From: Chloroflexota bacterium
Lineage (GTDB): Bacteria; Chloroflexota; Anaerolineae; Anaerolineales; UBA11858
Length of the DNA: 35,913 nt
Assembly (NCBI GenBank): GCA_039714275.1
Contig: JBDLJO010000003.1
Span: forward strand, 1-35,913
Direction: 5' to 3'
Under the pieces are notes generated by a model, which had not been told where the DNA came from, did not search any database, and was given only the letters and a program-made list of their open reading frames with translations. Shown in pieces: positions 35,207-35,913 of this stretch. The first letter of the stretch is position 1. Each line of letters opens with the position of its first letter. The position numbers were made by a program, and so were the translations under genes.

Positions 35207-35913
35207 ATGACGAAAGCCCCCACGCTAGGTGATATTTATGCCGCTCGGGAGCATGTTTACCAATATCTAAAACCTACCCCCACCCACCACTATGCGACAT
35301 TGAGTGCGCTAATTGGGGCGGAGATTTATATCAAGCATGAAAACCACCAACCTGTTGGCGCTTTCAAGGTGCGCGGTGGTTTGAATTTGGCTGCTCACTT
35401 GACCCCCGAGGAGCGGGAAGGCGGATTGTATACCGCCTCCACAGGCAATCATGGGCAGAGCATCGCCTTTGCGGCCAGAGCTCACGGCATCAAGGCTACC
35501 ATTGCGGTACCTGAGGGCGCTAACCCCGGCAAAGTGGCGTCGATGCGCGCTTTGGGTGCTGAGGTGATATTCCACGGGGCAGATTTTGACACAGCCCGCG
35601 AGTGGATCACCAGCGTTGCGGAACAGAAAGGCGGTGTCTTCGTCGGTCCGACCGATGAGCCCTTGATCGAGGGTGTGGGGACTTACGCACTGGAAATTTT
35701 AGAGCAGCTTCCCGATGTGGATGTGATCATCGTCCCCGTGGGTGCCGGCAGCGGAGCCTGCGGCACCAGCATTGCGGCTAAAAATATCAATTCCGAAATT
35801 GAGGTCATTGGGGCACAATCGGCTCAGGCTCCGGCGATGAAACTGAGCTGGGAAAGCGGTGAGTTAATCACAGGAAAAATGGCAACTTTCGCTGAAGGCG
35901 TGGCCACGCGGGT
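35207..35913 (+). CDS. Threonine/serine dehydratase-family PLP enzyme (truncated by window end)
   Basis: Translated by hand from ATG 35207: MTKAPTLGDIYAAR...KHENHQPVGAFKVRGG...ASTGNHGQSIA...VPVGAGSG. Not in the ORF track because it has no stop. Confidence 0.92.
   Translation, partial: MTKAPTLGDIYAAREHVYQYLKPTPTHHYATLSALIGAEIYIKHENHQPVGAFKVRGGLNLAAHLTPEEREGGLYTASTGNHGQSIAFAARAHGIKATIAVPEGANPGKVASMRALGAEVIFHGADFDTAREWITSVAEQKGGVFVGPTDEPLIEGVGTYALEILEQLPDVDVIIVPVGAGSGACGTSIAAKNINSEIEVIGAQSAQAPAMKLSWESGELITGKMATFAEGVATR

Noticed and set aside
1-35913. CRISPR array, tRNA/rRNA, transposase/integrase, intein in sufB, selenocysteine read-through
   Set aside because: No spaced direct repeats, cloverleaf or mobile-element ORFs seen by eye; SufB is normal length; TGA stops fall at expected protein ends.

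Overview
A core-plus-accessory bacterial chromosome segment, probably Chloroflexota/Anaerolineae. That assignment is inferred from protein style (Pro/Thr-rich linker, gene content) and is not proven. Left to right it contains: the 3' end of a probable methyltransferase; a SUF Fe-S operon (sufC-sufB-sufD-[small SH3/Tudor-like ORF]-sufS-sufU-Rieske ferredoxin) divergent from sufR-sufT; rpsF-ssb-rpsR with an S6:S18-type leader; a membrane-anchored parvulin PPIase; fabF-rnc-smc-rph; moaC-moaD-moaE; psd-pssA-acyltransferase-GATase; padR-gyrI-like; arsR-acr3-arsM; an uncharacterised three-gene operon (membrane protein, wHTH protein, and a 58-aa protein missed by the ORF track); a tungsten-type aldehyde:ferredoxin oxidoreductase surrounded by three ubiquitin-like (MoaD/ThiS) genes, two lacking the C-terminal Gly-Gly; DUF2892; a trans-sulfuration PLP enzyme; an M20 deacylase; an acyltransferase-3; and a truncated Thr/Ser dehydratase. 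I saw no tRNA, rRNA, CRISPR or mobile element. The best candidates for undescribed biology are the AOR/GG-less Ubl cluster (27.0-30.7 kb) and the adjacent three-gene operon (25.15-26.9 kb). All family calls come from motif recognition by eye; no database search was run.
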